DNA of 64,000 bases from Eledone cirrhosa (GCA_964016885.1 OZ024753.1:38440001-38504000), one strand, 5' to 3'; positions 43,984 through 58,898 are shown, counted from the first letter of the stretch. Translations and numbers: made by a program. The notes: generated by a model not told the origin, from the letters alone.

Positions 43984-44422
43984 ACTGGTGGTGGAGGTGG
44001 TGGTGGTGGTGGTTATAGTGACGGATGTGATGGTGATGACGGGGAAGTTAGTCAAGTTGATGGAGGCGGCACTGGTGGTGGAGATAATGGTGGTGATGGT
44101 GGAGGACTGAGGTGGTGTTGGTGGAATAGGGGGTCGTAAGGTGGCGGGGTGACTGCCAAATTTGCTTTTTTGTTATTTTATTTGCATTATTATTTTTACT
44201 ATATTTTATTTTGTTATATATTTATATAAATCGTTGTGCCATTAATTGTCCACACACACACACCACACCACATACACACTATGCACCACACACACACACA
44301 CTATGCACCACACACCCACACACCACACACACACCACACCACACACACACTACGCACCACACACACCACACACTCACACACTCACACACACACACCACAC
44401 CACACACCCTCACACCACCAAC
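43984..44422 (+). repeat. Direct repeat copy 1 (copy 2 at 46269-46656)
   Basis: Near-identical about 290-bp core plus a CA-rich tail. Confidence 0.9.
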
Positions 44423-44649
44423 CCGATCATGGGATATAACTGATCATGGGGTATGTACTCGTAATATAAGCTTACCTCTCTACGAGGTTCCAGCCTTGGG
44501 GAGAGTGTTTTGAGGAAGACCATACACGAAAGACTTATGCATGAAATTATTCCCTCTCTACGACTCCGATCATGTCCAAGGGGAAGGAAAAAGCCGACAC
44601 ACCTTGGCGCCCGTGTTATCTGAACTCATATATACAGTAATATGGTATG

Positions 44650-44915
44650 GACCCTAAATTCTGATGGAGTCGTAGGGTCGCCATATTGACATACGGCCTT
44701 TCTTATGGCATTTTAAAACCCGACGGAGCCAATCCTCTCTTCAGACCCGAATACAGCAGATTTCTTCCAGAGAAGGATAGAGAGAGAGAGAAAAAAAGTG
44801 AGAAAGACATAAAGAGGAAGAATCGACCCCAGTACTAGACTGGTATTTTTTTTTATTGACCTTGAATGGATGAAGGCAAAGTTGATCTAGATGGGACTTG
44901 AAGGGAGCAAAGAGC
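44650..44915 (-). mobile_element. Nin-type SINE, extended-tail subfamily
   Basis: Reverse complement homologous to 11880-12130. Confidence 0.75.
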
Positions 44916-44937
44916 TGGGACGGTATTCGTTCCAACC

Positions 44938-45353
<416 letters not shown>

Positions 45354-45522
45354 GGGCGGGTAAAGAAAAGTAACCGGGCGGCTGTCGATGTTTCCATTGG
45401 TCTTTCCATTGTACGTATATATATGTATATACACATAAAAAATATATATATACATACAAAAAAAAAATATATATATATATACACACACATACAAATATAT
45501 ATATATATATATATACACACAT

Positions 45523-45600
<78 letters not shown>

Positions 45601-45657
45601 TATATATAAACACATACAAATATATATAATATATATATACATATATATAAATATATG

Positions 45658-45716
<59 letters not shown>

Positions 45717-45738
45717 TATATATATAAACACATACAGA

Positions 45739-45832
<94 letters not shown>

Positions 45833-46268
45833 CACACAATATTTTAATACCAAGATAAAATTCCCAGTTGTGCATCCTTAACTTGTCTGTTTGTGTGTCT
45901 GTCTGTCCAGAGCCATCTTAATTTTCCAAGTGAACATTAAATCTAAAGAATTTCGCCATGTCATCTCTGATTTCCATCTGCCCTAAAGATGGCCTGCCAA
46001 GATAAGACAACTCTTGCAAGGATTAACGGAAAGAAACTTCCAGATTAACTAATTTTTATTTCATTTACATTATATTTATTTTATTTTACTTTATTGGGGT
46101 GGGGTGGTTTAGGGGGTAGGGTTATTGATTCGAGCGGGTGGTCAGATGATAGTAGAGTAGTGGTGATGGTGATGGTGGTTATGGTGGCAGTGGCGGCGGT
46201 GGTGGTGGTGATCGTGGTTAGTGGGACGGAGGCGGATGGTGGTTATGGGGTTGGAGGTGGTGTCGCAA

Positions 46269-46656
46269 ACTGGTGGTTTGGTGGTGGTGGAGGTGGTGGC
46301 GGTGGTGGTTATAGTGACGGATGTGATGGTGATGACGGGGAAGTTAGTCAAGTTGATGGAGGCGGCACTGGTGGTGGAGATAATGGTGGTGATGGTGGAG
46401 GACTGAGGTGGTGTTGGTGGAATAGGGGGTTATAAGGTGGTGGGGTGACTGCCAAATTTGCTTTTTTGTTATTTTGTTTGCATTATTATTTTTACTATAT
46501 TTTATTTTGTTATATATTTATATAAATCGTTGTGCCATTAATTGTCCACACACACACACCACACACACACACCACATACACACTATGCACCACACACACA
46601 CACACACCACACCCTCACACACACACATCACACCACACACCCTCACACCACCAACC
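46269..46656 (+). repeat. Direct repeat copy 2
   Basis: Matches 43984-44422. Confidence 0.9.
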
Positions 46657-46729
46657 ACACATACACCCCCCCCCACACACACCACATACACACGCACACA
46701 CATATATATGTATATATATATATAAGAAT

Positions 46730-46850
46730 AGTTTGTGCAGTTTCTATCTTACAAATTCCACTCCAAAATTATTCATCAACTCGGAGCTATATTAGAAGAC
46801 ACTTGTCGAAGAAGCCATGCAGTGGAACCGAACCCGAAACCAAGAACTAT
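46730..46850 (-). mobile_element. CORE-type SINE remnant
   Basis: agaagacacttgtcgaagaagccatgcagtggaaccgaacccg is the reverse complement of the B box and core region seen at 50015-50060. Confidence 0.6.
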
Positions 46851-47543
46851 ATACGATGGAATTACTTTTATGTGCTACAAAACTTCTTTTACAGAAGAAA
46901 ACACAAAATTCAGATAATTACAACATCTCTCTTCCCATTTCTTGTCTTCATTACCAGCTCTTTTAAAAACGAAGCTGCCAACTTATTTCTTCGTTACGTT
47001 TTTATCTGTGCAGTTGTCTGCTGAGTGTATAAACATGTGCACATTTATTTTAAATACTTTTCTACATACATTTCCGTATTAATAATTTTGAAAAAAATAA
47101 CCCCAATAAAAAGTCAAAAAAAAAAAAAAAAAAATCCCAGCTAGAATAAAATAAAATAAAATAAAATAAAATAAAAATAAAAATATAAAAAGTAAAAAAA
47201 AATTAAAGACGAAAAGAATTTAGTTTTAGAAGAAGGAGCACAAAGATATATAAAAAAAAAAAATAAAATAAATAAAATAGTTAATTTTTTCTTTTGCAAA
47301 GCAAGGTTTATTATCAAATTGAGAGCTGTAGGCCAAAAAACAAAATGGACGATTTTGGAATTCTCCAATTCCCATTCGTATAGTGAAGTCTGTCAAAAGT
47401 ATCGTTTGAATGTTGTCTCTCTTACTTGATAGACCGTGACACTAGCAACTGATAATAACACCCTTCCATATATACATATGGATAAACGCCACCAGAGTGA
47501 AATGGAGTAAACAAATAAACAAACAAACAAATAAACAAATATA

Positions 47544-47583
<40 letters not shown>

Positions 47584-47675
47584 CAACAACAACAACAATA
47601 ATAACAACAATAATAACAACAACAACAACAACAATAATCATAAATAATAAAAAATAAAGATGGTGGTTGGTTGGT

Positions 47676-47840
47676 GGTGATGATGATGGCAATGATGTTG
47701 ATGTTGATAATGACGATGATGACGATGATGTTGACGATGACGATGATGTTGACGATGGCGATAATGTTGTTGACGACGACGACGACGACGATGATGATGA
47801 TGATGATGATGATGATGGCGATAATGTTATTGGCGACAAC

Positions 47841-47881
<41 letters not shown>

Positions 47882-47909
47882 GGATGGCGATAATGTTATT
47901 GGCGACAAC

Positions 47910-47947
<38 letters not shown>

Positions 47948-48041
47948 GGATGGCGATAATGTTATTGGCGATAATGATGATGATGATGACGATGATGATG
48001 ATGATGATGATGATGATGGCGATAATGTTGTTGGCGACAAC

Positions 48042-48093
<52 letters not shown>

Positions 48094-48116
48094 GCGATAA
48101 TGTTATTGGCGACAAC

Positions 48117-48168
<52 letters not shown>

Positions 48169-48191
48169 GCGATAATGTTGTTGGCGACAAC

Positions 48192-48243
<52 letters not shown>

Positions 48244-48395
48244 GCGATAATGTTATTGGCGACAACGATGATGATGATAATGATGATGATGATGGCGATA
48301 ATGTTGATGATGATGATGATGATGGCGATAATATTATTGGCGATAATGATGATAATGATGACGATGATGACGATGATGATGATAATGATGATGAT
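47676..48395. repeat. (GAT)n with recurring ggcgataatgtt(a/g)ttggcgacaac spacer (unit about 60 bp)
   Basis: About 9 higher-order units. Confidence 0.9.
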
Positions 48396-48962
48396 ATGGA
48401 AAAAAAACAACTAAAATAGTAGGAAAAAAAAAGCAAAAATGAAAAAAACCATTCCTAAGTATGTCGAATCTCGGCTTTTCAGTTAGTGTTGTGCTGGTTT
48501 TTAAAAGTATTTGGTAAATTTTTATCTTCGAACATCACATCACGCTATCTTTCCACTGTAAAAATACTAAAAGAAAACTAAAGTCGAAAGCCCAGAAGTT
48601 AGATAAATTGCTGCAGATAGAAGAGTGAATGTGTGTCTATATATGTGTGTCTATATATGTATAATATGTATGTATATATGTATATATATATATGTATTAT
48701 ATATATATTGTATATGTATATGTACATATATGTACACATATATATATATATATATATAACATATATATATATATATATATGTGTATGTATATATATTTGT
48801 ATATATGTATCTATAAATATATATTTATGTGTATGTATATATATATATATATGTATATGTATGTTTATATATATATTTATATATTTATATATGTATATAT
48901 ATATATATATATATATGGATGTATATATATATATGCATGTATATATATATATATATATATGC

Positions 48963-49027
<65 letters not shown>

Positions 49028-49048
49028 TGTATATATATGTATATATAT

Positions 49049-49110
<62 letters not shown>

Positions 49111-49578
49111 GCATGTATATATAAGTATATAAATATATATATAAATATATATATCGCTATATATATTTATATATATGTACATATGTATGTATTTATGTAT
49201 GTATATATATATATGTGTATATATATATGTATATATATATATATGTATATATATGATTATATATATGTATGTGACTATATACATGTATGTATATATATAT
49301 ATATACGCACATAAATGCATGTATATATATATATATATTTCAGTGTATATATGTGTTATGTGTATCTGTGTGTGTGTGTATATATGTGAACAGTTGCTAA
49401 ATTCAGGCATGGTGGGTAAAAAGGAGTGTGTGTGTGTGTGATGAAGAAGGAAGGAAAGAAAAAAAAAACCCAAAAAAAAACGAAGAGAACAGAAGCAAAA
49501 GAGAGAAAGATAGAAAATTGTTGAAAAATGAGACTGAGATGTGAAAGAAAAAGAAAGGGGAAGCGGACACCAGAATCA

Positions 49579-49609
<31 letters not shown>

Positions 49610-49965
49610 AAGAAGAAGAAGAAGAAGAAGAAGAAGAAGAAGAAGAAGAAAACGACGACGACGACGACGACGACGAAGAAGAAGAAGAAGAAGAAGAAGA
49701 AGAAGAAGAAGAAGAAGAAGAAGAAGAAGAAGAAGAAGAAGAAACAATAAAAAAGAATAAGAAAAAGAAAAGGAAAAGATATTCACATAGAAGGAAAAAG
49801 TAAAACTAAAAAATTCTGAAAGAAAATTAAAATAATTTGCAGAGAGTTTTATGTGAGGGAATTAGGAGAGAGAAATATATTAGGTTTGAAATATTCTGAA
49901 AAAATAACATTTTAATAGAAGATGTCGAATAATTTTAAAATTCTACGTAAATTATTTTGCTTATA

Positions 49966-50320
49966 GGCGAAGACATGGCTGTGTGGTTAAGGAGTTCGTT
50001 TCCCAGTTACGTGGTCCGGGATTCAGTCTTGCTGCAATGACACCTCGAGCAAGTGTCTTTCATTATAGTGTCGATAAGGCGGTGGATTGGCAGTATCGGT
50101 AGAGGATCGGACGCCATGCTTTGGTGCATAGAGTTACGGCCCTTGCTACTCTCAGTTCAAATCCCGCCGAGGTTAACTTTGCCTTTCATCCTTACGGGGT
50201 CGATAAAAAAAAAGTACCAGTAATACACTGGGGTAATTGATGGCCTTGTGCCAAAAGTAGAAACAATTATCGTGTCGATATGATCGACTTGGTCAAGACC
50301 GTAGTGCTCCAGCATGGCAG
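49966..50320 (+). mobile_element. CORE-type SINE interrupted by a nested Nin-type SINE (50077-50265)
   Basis: Host head ggcgaagacatggctgtgtggttaag; nested copy flanked by 15-bp TSD attatagtgtcgata (50062-50076) / attatcgtgtcgata (50266-50280). Confidence 0.8.
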
Positions 50321-51492
50321 TAGTTGTCGTTGTTATTGCTGTTGTTTTTATTGTTGTTGTTGCCGTCGTTGTTATTCCTGTTGTTTTTATTGTTGTTGTC
50401 GCCGTCGTTGTTGTCGTTGTTGTTGTTTTTTTATTGTTGTTATTGTTGTCGTCGTTGTTGTCGTCGTTGTTGTCGTTATTGTTGTTATTGTCGTTATTGT
50501 TGTTATTGTCGTCGTTGTTGTTGTTTTTGTTTTTATTGTTGTTGTTGTCGTTGTTGTCGTCGTTGTTGTTGTTGTCGTCGTTGTTGTTGTTGTCGTTGTT
50601 GTTTTTATTGTTGTTGTTGTTGTCGTTGTTGTTTTTATTGTCGTTGTTGTCGTTGTTGATGTTGTCGTTGTTGTTGTTTTTATTGTTGTTGTTGTTGTTG
50701 TCGTTGTTGTTGTTGTTTTTGTTTTTATTGTTGTTGTCGTTGTTGTTGTTATTGTCGTTGTCGTCGTCGTTGTTGTTGCTGTTATTAAATTTATTTTCCT
50801 TGTACGTTTTACTTTCTTTGTTATCTCCCTTTGTGTTTTTCCCGCCACCCAATCTTTTCCTACAGTTGCAAACTATTATATTATATTCTTTTTCTTGCTC
50901 CATTATGTTGCATGTGTCGGCAACAAATGTTTCGCCTGCAGAATAAATAATAATAATAATGACAATTATGCTGAGGCTGCTGCTGCTGCTGCTGCTCATG
51001 ATGGTGGTGGTGATGGTGATGATGATGTTGGTGGTGGTGATGGTGGTGGTGATGGTGGTGGTGATGGTGGTAGTGGTGGTGGTGGTGATGGTGATGATGG
51101 TGGTGATGGTGGTGGTGGTGGTGGTGGTGGTGATGGTGGTGGTGATGGTGGTGGTGGTGGTGGTGGTGATGGTGATGATGGTGGTGATGGTGGTGGTGGT
51201 GGTGGTGGTGATGGTGGTGGTGATGGTGGTGGTGGTGTTGATGGTGGTGGTGATGGTGGTGGTGATGGTGGTGGTGATGGTGGTGGTGGTGATGGTGGTG
51301 GTGGTGATGGTGATGATGGTGATGATGGTGGTGGTGGTGGTGATGATGGTGATGATAGTGGCGATAGTGGTGATGATGATGATGGGGTGATGATGATGAT
51401 GATGGTATCGTTGATGATGATGATGATGATGATGGTGATGGAGTTGATGCTGGTGCTGCTGATGATGCAGGGGATGATGATGGTTTTGATAG

Positions 51493-51524
<32 letters not shown>

Positions 51525-51886
51525 GTGATGATGGTGATGACGATGGTGATGATGATACAACAATCATAATATATGAAAGCAAGGTGACAAAACAAGCAGT
51601 ATTATCTTGACAACCATATTAGATTTTCTACTTTATAATTATATCTTCTACTTTCTATATATTTGTAGCAACAGAACTCTATGTCCAGTGATGTGGAAAA
51701 TAGTAAGGAATGTCCTGGGTCTGGTGTCGGGGAACGGGGGTCACGGATCACCAAGGCAGGTTGAGAAAATATAAATAAGTGATCCACTAACCAATGATAG
51801 AGAGGGAAAAATATAAAATAGTAGAAATAAAATATATAAATATAACGCAAAAATGTAAAAATTCTCTCTAGAAATGTAGAAAAGAC

Positions 51887-52001
<115 letters not shown>

Positions 52002-52066
52002 ATATATATATATTTATATATATATACGTACATGTATATGTATATATATATATATATACGTACATA

Positions 52067-52116
<50 letters not shown>

Positions 52117-52228
52117 CAAACATATGCATATATATATATATATGTGTGTGTATATATATATATATATATGTACATATATTTACAAGTACATGTTTAAATA
52201 TTTGCACACATATATATATAAATATATA

Positions 52229-52318
<90 letters not shown>

Positions 52319-52623
52319 GGTGCGTGTGCGTGTGTGTGTGTATATATAAATAGTCCGAAGACGGGAAGAAAGACTGAGCAATGTGAGATGCTGCAAAAAA
52401 AAAAAGACAAAATTAAACAAAGAATAAATGAAAAACCCAACAAAATTAAACGAAATCATTTTGAGTGTGGTCGCCATTTTTCTGACATTAAATACTTCAC
52501 ACAGCTATTGAACACAGACTTTTTACTTTCCTTGAATACTATGATAGTCTTCTTGTAAAAAGACAACACTTTCGAAAACAGAAAAGAATAAAAAATGGAG
52601 AAAAGAAATGAACAACGACAACG

Positions 52624-52672
<49 letters not shown>

Positions 52673-53238
52673 AAAAAAAAGAACGAAAATATAAAAAAAA
52701 AAAATCAATAAACATATATCCAAACTAAAAAAAATACAAAATAAAGAACGAAAAACCACAACAATAACCAAATGAATCAACAACAACCAAAAACAAAAAT
52801 ATCTCTCTCTATCTAAATACCATAATGAATTCTTCCATCTGTGAAATTATACTCATTACTAGAAGTTTCCATGAGGGTCATTCCACTGCATACAAACCAG
52901 ACATTTTAATATTGTTGGTATTAGCTGTTGTTGTTGTCTTCTTCTTCTTCTTCTTCTTCTTCTTTCATTCACTTTCATTCAGCCTGTTCCATAAGATGTT
53001 TTTCTTCATGTTTCTTCAATTCATTCCTTTTCCTTTGCTTATCACATCTTTTTCTTTTCTTTTCTTTTCTTTTCTTTTATTTTCATTCTGTAATTTCCTG
53101 CCACGTGTCCTACCACATTCAGATAGACAAGGTTGCACCCTCCTTCGGTTTAGATGATGAGTGTTCCAGTTGCTGGATCAACAGTATGGTCTGATCGTGA
53201 AATGGACATACATACACACACACACGCATACACGCGCG

Positions 53239-53552
<314 letters not shown>

Positions 53553-53629
53553 CATAGCGTATCTTAACCATTTTTGAATCTATTTTTGGCGGGATCGGAT
53601 TGAAAAACTAGATGTCTGATTTTGAGTTT

Positions 53630-53705
53630 GTCTCCTGATGAATCCTAACTCAGGACATTCCTATTATTTGGATGTCTAAAATAAGGAAGAAACCATGGTA
53701 GAGAT
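53630..53705 (+). ncRNA. Type I hammerhead ribozyme with intact core
   Basis: gtctc CTGATGA atcct...ggacattcc/ggatgtct...aggaa GAAA ccatgg TA gagat; palindromic ACCATGGT stem III; GUA cleavage after 53700. Confidence 0.7.
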
Positions 53706-53988
53706 ATAATTACGGTATGTGCGCATTTCTTCTAAGTTAAATTTTACACCTAATTGTGTATGGTTGATGGTATATTTAGTCAGTTTCTACATGCTGTCGA
53801 AATGTTGGATAAATACTCGATTGAGGCCGCCGCGAAGAGGCTACGTTCGGTTATTTGTCGGAGATTTCCCCATAAGAGCATTTATTCTTATAGCTTGTTC
53901 TGATTGATTTTTTATATGGTTAGTTATGCTAATTAGAAGAAGAAATAGTATATATTTTATTATATGATGATTCTAAAGACATGATTTA

Positions 53989-54039
<51 letters not shown>

Positions 54040-54040
<1 letters not shown>

Positions 54041-54265
54041 GGATTAACAAATAATAGTTAAATGCAGTCCACTTAGGTGAAGTCCAGTTATGGTATTCCA
54101 GGTAGTGGATGATATTAACGCTTGGCTTGGTTTGACTCAACAAGGCGTTTTCATAGTGATGCTGCGGGTATGCTGTAATTCCTATGTTGTAAACACTTGG
54201 GAACCACATTGGCACATGGTTGGACAATACATGTGTCCCTAGACGCTTTTTGCGTGTAGGGATAT
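54040..54265 (-). pseudogene. Possible Penelope-like GIY-YIG endonuclease C-terminal remnant in (TA)n
   Basis: Minus-strand translation YENALLSQTKPSVN (54114-54155) fits the E-x2-hh-x4-P-x-h-N end of GIY-YIG domains; short motif only. Confidence 0.35.
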
Positions 54266-54280
54266 ATACTTTATTATTAT

Positions 54281-54455
<175 letters not shown>

Positions 54456-54498
54456 ATATATATATATATATACATATATATATGTATATATATTATAA

Positions 54499-54580
<82 letters not shown>

Positions 54581-54582
<2 letters not shown>

Positions 54583-54852
54583 CGAAGGAAATGTGGTAAG
54601 GAACCAGATGGACAATAACGCACCAAAGTACTCAATACTTAGGGTAGTAGACTGGGTAATAGGAACGAGTAGGACCCCGCGGCTGAGCTCAAGCCGTTTC
54701 GAGGGCTAATTCGGCTAAATGCAGAATTACCCGTCGAAACGGCTTGAGCTCAGCCGTCAGGGTCCTACTCGTTCCTATTACCCACTCTACTACCCTAAGT
54801 ATTGAGTACTTTGGTGCGTTATGGTCCACCTGGTTCCTTACAACATTTCCTT

Positions 54853-54856
<4 letters not shown>
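54581..54856. mobile_element. Fold-back half-hammerhead element, copy 4 (complete inverted dimer)
   Basis: Arms of about 130 bp are reverse complements around about 54716; (TA)n on both sides. Confidence 0.9.
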
Positions 54857-54900
<44 letters not shown>

Positions 54901-54902
<2 letters not shown>

Positions 54903-54961
54903 AGTCCAGAATTAGCCGTCGAAACGGCTTGAGCTCAGCATTCCGGGTCCTACTCGTTCCT
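54901..54961 (+). mobile_element. Fragment of the same family, copy 5
   Basis: agtccagaattagccgtcgaaacggcttgagctcagc..gggtcctactcgttcct. Confidence 0.8.
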
Positions 54962-55136
54962 ATATATATATATATATATATTGTTATACTTTGGGAGGGT
55001 CATGTTGCCAATAAGAAACACACGCACCAGTTGCTTTCACTTCAATTTAATTTAATATATATTTATAAATTTACAAATTTATAAATTTCTGGTTGGTTGG
55101 TTGGTTCCACAACCAGATAGTTGTTTATATATATAT

Positions 55137-55181
55137 AGTCATAGTTCTTTCGTCACACACTCTGTGACCTCTTCAGTGACT
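55137..55181 (-). ncRNA. Minimal type I hammerhead ribozyme (left arm)
   Basis: Minus strand: agtca CTGAAGA g gtcaca gagtg tgtgac GAAA gaac TA tgact. Confidence 0.75.
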
Positions 55182-55305
55182 GGGGATTTCTTTCTTCGTT
55201 TCTGTGCCTTTCCTTTCTTCTATCCTACGCCAAATGGCGTAGGATAGAAGAAAATGGCGTAGGATAGAAGAAAGGAAAGGCACAGAAACGAAGAAAGAAA
55301 TCCCC

Positions 55306-55350
55306 AGTCACTGAAGAGGTCACAGAGTGTGTGACGAAAGAACTATGACT
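55306..55350 (+). ncRNA. Minimal type I hammerhead ribozyme (right arm)
   Basis: agtca CTGAAGA g gtcaca gagtg tgtgac GAAA gaac TA tgact; 5-bp stem I, 6-bp stem II, CUA cleavage triplet. Confidence 0.75.
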
Positions 55351-55563
55351 ATATATATATAAACAACTATCTGGTTGTGGAACCAACCAACCAACCAGAA
55401 ATTTATAAATTTGTAAATTTATAAATATATATTAAATTAAATTGAAGTGAAAGCAACTGGTGCGTGTGTTTCTTATTGGCAACATGACCCTCCCAAAGTA
55501 TAACAATATCGGTTTCAACACACGATTTCAGATAAAGAATCTTGCTAAACAAATTCAGAAACG

Positions 55564-55646
<83 letters not shown>

Positions 55647-55696
55647 CGAAATATATATATATATATATATATATATTTATTAAAATAACAGATTAA

Positions 55697-55747
55697 AGTT
55701 TAAGCAAAGAATCGCTGCTTTCACCCTTAACGGGATCTTCTGAAACT
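55697..55747 (-). ncRNA. Decayed type I hammerhead motif
   Basis: Minus strand: agttt CAGAAGA tccc gttaa gggt GAAA gca gcgattctt tgc TT aaact; U4A change, all three stems can form. Confidence 0.5.
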
Positions 55748-55886
55748 AACAAAGTCAATCTGTAAACGCAGAACTGGATATTTCAAAAAACGTTTTAACC
55801 GGAGGAAGACAGGAAGACGATACTTTGGTTCATGGTGACGCTCGCTGGCAAAGAACGGGAAAAAACGAATAATACGTCATTATTAT

Positions 55887-55998
<112 letters not shown>

Positions 55999-56009
55999 GA
56001 CCATTCCAC

Positions 56010-56445
56010 AGATACATACAGCTCTATCAAAAGAAGTAGGGACATGGTGAAAGAAATTAATTCCAGAATAGGCAAATCTTCAGCTGCCTTTAAGTAACTC
56101 AACAAGATCTGGAGAAGCAAAAGCTTTCTCTTGGTAACAAGATGAGGTTCGAAAACAACAGTGTACTTTCAATGCTCCTGTATGTGTGCGAAACCTGGGG
56201 TGTGGGGACCAGCCAAGAGAACCAATTAGATGCTTTTGACAATAAATGTTCACGGAAAATTCTTGGCATTAGGTGAGGTGACTTCATTACTAACAAAGAA
56301 GGTCGCCAACGAACTCAGCAACAACATGTCTAATATCATGTGGGAGTGTCGTCTTGGCTGGTTGGAACATGTGACATGACTCCCAAGTGAGAGACATGTT
56401 AATCAGGTCCATAGAAAGAGGTGAAGAGGACGTCCCAAGATGAAC
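56010..56445 (+). mobile_element. Decayed RTE-clade LINE fragment (region C-terminal to the RT core)
   Basis: Pseudo-translation [58 protein letters not shown], with stops and frameshifts. Confidence 0.8.
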
Positions 56446-57247
56446 CACCACCAACACCACCAGCACAGGCACCAGCACCACAAGTAGCAGCAGCACCACA
56501 AGCACCACCAGCACAAGCAGCAGCAGCAGCAGCACCACCACCAGCACCACCAGCACCACAAGCACAAGCAACAGCAGCAGCACCACCGCCACCAGCGCAG
56601 GCACCAGCACCACCAGCACCATCAGCACCACAAGCACAAGCAGCAGCAGCAGCAGCACCACCACCACCACCAGCACCACCACCAGCACCACCAGCACCAC
56701 CAGCACCACTAGCAGCAGCAGCACCACCACCAGCACCACAAGCACAAGCAGCAGCAGCGGCAGCACCACCACCAGCACAGGCAGCAGCACTACCAGCACC
56801 ACCAGCACAGGCAGCAGCAGCAGCACCACCACCACCACCACCAGCACCAGCACCAGCACCACCACCACCACCAACACCGCCACCACCACCACCACCAGCA
56901 CCACCAGCACCACAAGCAGCAGCAGCAGCAACACCACCACCACCACCACCACCAGCACCAGCACCAGCACCACCACCACCACCAACACCGCCACCACCAC
57001 CACCACCACCAACACCACCAGCACCACCACCACTACCACCAGCACCAGGACCACCACCACCACCAACACCGCCACCACCACCACCACCAACACCACCAGC
57101 ACCACAAGCAGCAGCAGCAGCAGCACCAGGACCACCACCACCACCACCACCACCAGCACCAGCACCACCACCAACACCACCAGCACCACCACCACTACCA
57201 CCAGCACCAGGACCACCACCACCACCAACACCGCCACCACCACCACC

Positions 57248-57278
<31 letters not shown>

Positions 57279-57367
57279 CCACCAGCACCAGCACCAGCAC
57301 CACCACCAACACCACCACCACCACCACCACCAGCACCACCACTACCACCAGCACCAGGACCACCACC

Positions 57368-57398
<31 letters not shown>

Positions 57399-57465
57399 CC
57401 ACCAGCACCAGCACCAGCACCACCACCAACACCACCACCACCACCACCACCACCACCACCACCAC
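56445..57465. repeat. (CCA/GCA)n compound trinucleotide tract
   Basis: Directly visible. Confidence 0.95.
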
Positions 57466-57856
57466 TAAATAGTGAAGTTCATTGGTTGGGCCTCTGATTC
57501 AATTAGGGTGGTAATGTGATGAATTATGGGAGTTTTATTGTCGTAGAAAACAGAGAAGAATCGATAAGAGAGTGAAATACGATATATTGACAGATGATTG
57601 ATTGATTAATGACGTTAAGAAGGGTGACGACAATAGGTAGGGTGGCTGGTAGGGTGGGTGGCAGGGTGGCTGGTAGGGTGGGCGGCAGGGTGGCTGGTTG
57701 GGCGGTAGGGTGGCTAGGTATGTGGGTGTTTAGAGGTGAGAGAAAGAGGTACGTGTGAACGTGTGTCCTTTAGTGTCTTTATGTGAGTGCATGCATTTGT
57801 GTGTGTGTGTGAGTCAGTGTGTATGTGTGTGAGAGTCTGTGCGTGTGTGTGTGTGG

Positions 57857-57891
<35 letters not shown>

Positions 57892-58057
57892 GGAAGCAAG
57901 GGAGAGAGAGAGAGGTGGAAGCAAGGGAGAGAGAGAGAGAGGTCAAGAACCCTAACACATAATAGACTGACCCAGTATAATATACAGACCCGAAACAGTT
58001 ATGATTTTTATATTGTGTCCCCTCACTGATGCTTTCTCCCCTCTCATTATCAATCCC

Positions 58058-58867
58058 TCCACCACCACCACCACCACCACCTCCACCGCCTCTACCACCT
58101 ACATTACCACCACCACCACCTCCATCACCACCACCGCCTCCACCACCTACATCACCACCACCACCTCCACCACCACCACCACCACCTCCACTACCACCAC
58201 CACCTCCATCACCACCACCGCCTCCAGCACCTACATCACCACCACCACCACCTCCACAACCACCGCCACCTACATCAGCACCACCACCAGCACTATCATC
58301 TTTATTATCCTCATTATCATCATCATCATCAGGTAGAGCAGAAGCACCAAACACCATTATCAATACTCCCACACCTACTACTTAACACATTGGTCACACT
58401 CCTCCTCCTCCTTCCCTCCCAGCACCACCACCACCAGCACGATCCACCACCACCACCACCACCGCCACCAGCACGATCCACCACCACCACCAGCACCAGC
58501 ACCACCACTACTACCTCCAGCACCACCACCAGCACCACCACTACCACCAGCACGATCCACCACCACCACCAGCACGATCCACCACCACTACTACCACCAA
58601 CACCACCACCAGCACCACCACTACCACCAGCACGATCCACCACCACCACCAGCACCACCACCACCACTACTACCACCAGCACCACCACCACCACCACCAC
58701 CAGCACGATCCACCACCACCACCACCACCACCACCAGCACGATCCACCACCAGCACCAGTACCACCAACAGCACCACCACCAGCACCACCACCACCACCA
58801 CCACCAGCACGATCCACCACAACCACCACCACCACCACGATCCACCACCACCACCACCAGCACCACA

Positions 58868-58898
<31 letters not shown>

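Larger units (their letters stand above)
54978..55566. mobile_element. Head-to-head inverted dimer of an HHR element in (TA)n
   Basis: 54978-55232 is the reverse complement of 55255-55509; 20-bp tandem duplication atggcgtaggatagaagaaa at the centre. Confidence 0.9.

Noticed and set aside
44690-44750. CTGAAGA...GAAA in the SINE tail (minus strand)
   Set aside because: Not conserved in the homologous copy near 12040, and the stems do not form
47667-48419. Asp-rich ORF resembling an acidic biomineralisation protein
   Set aside because: (GAT)n minisatellite open in multiple frames, with no signal peptide or splice context
53154-53195. ATGATGA...CTGA as a C/D box snoRNA
   Set aside because: Too short, and homologous to the SINE tail at about 62005-62060
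56421-57497. 358-aa Pro/Ala-rich extensin- or formin-like ORF
   Set aside because: Pure CCA/GCA repeat starting at a GTG inside a dead RTE fragment; the reverse strand is equally open
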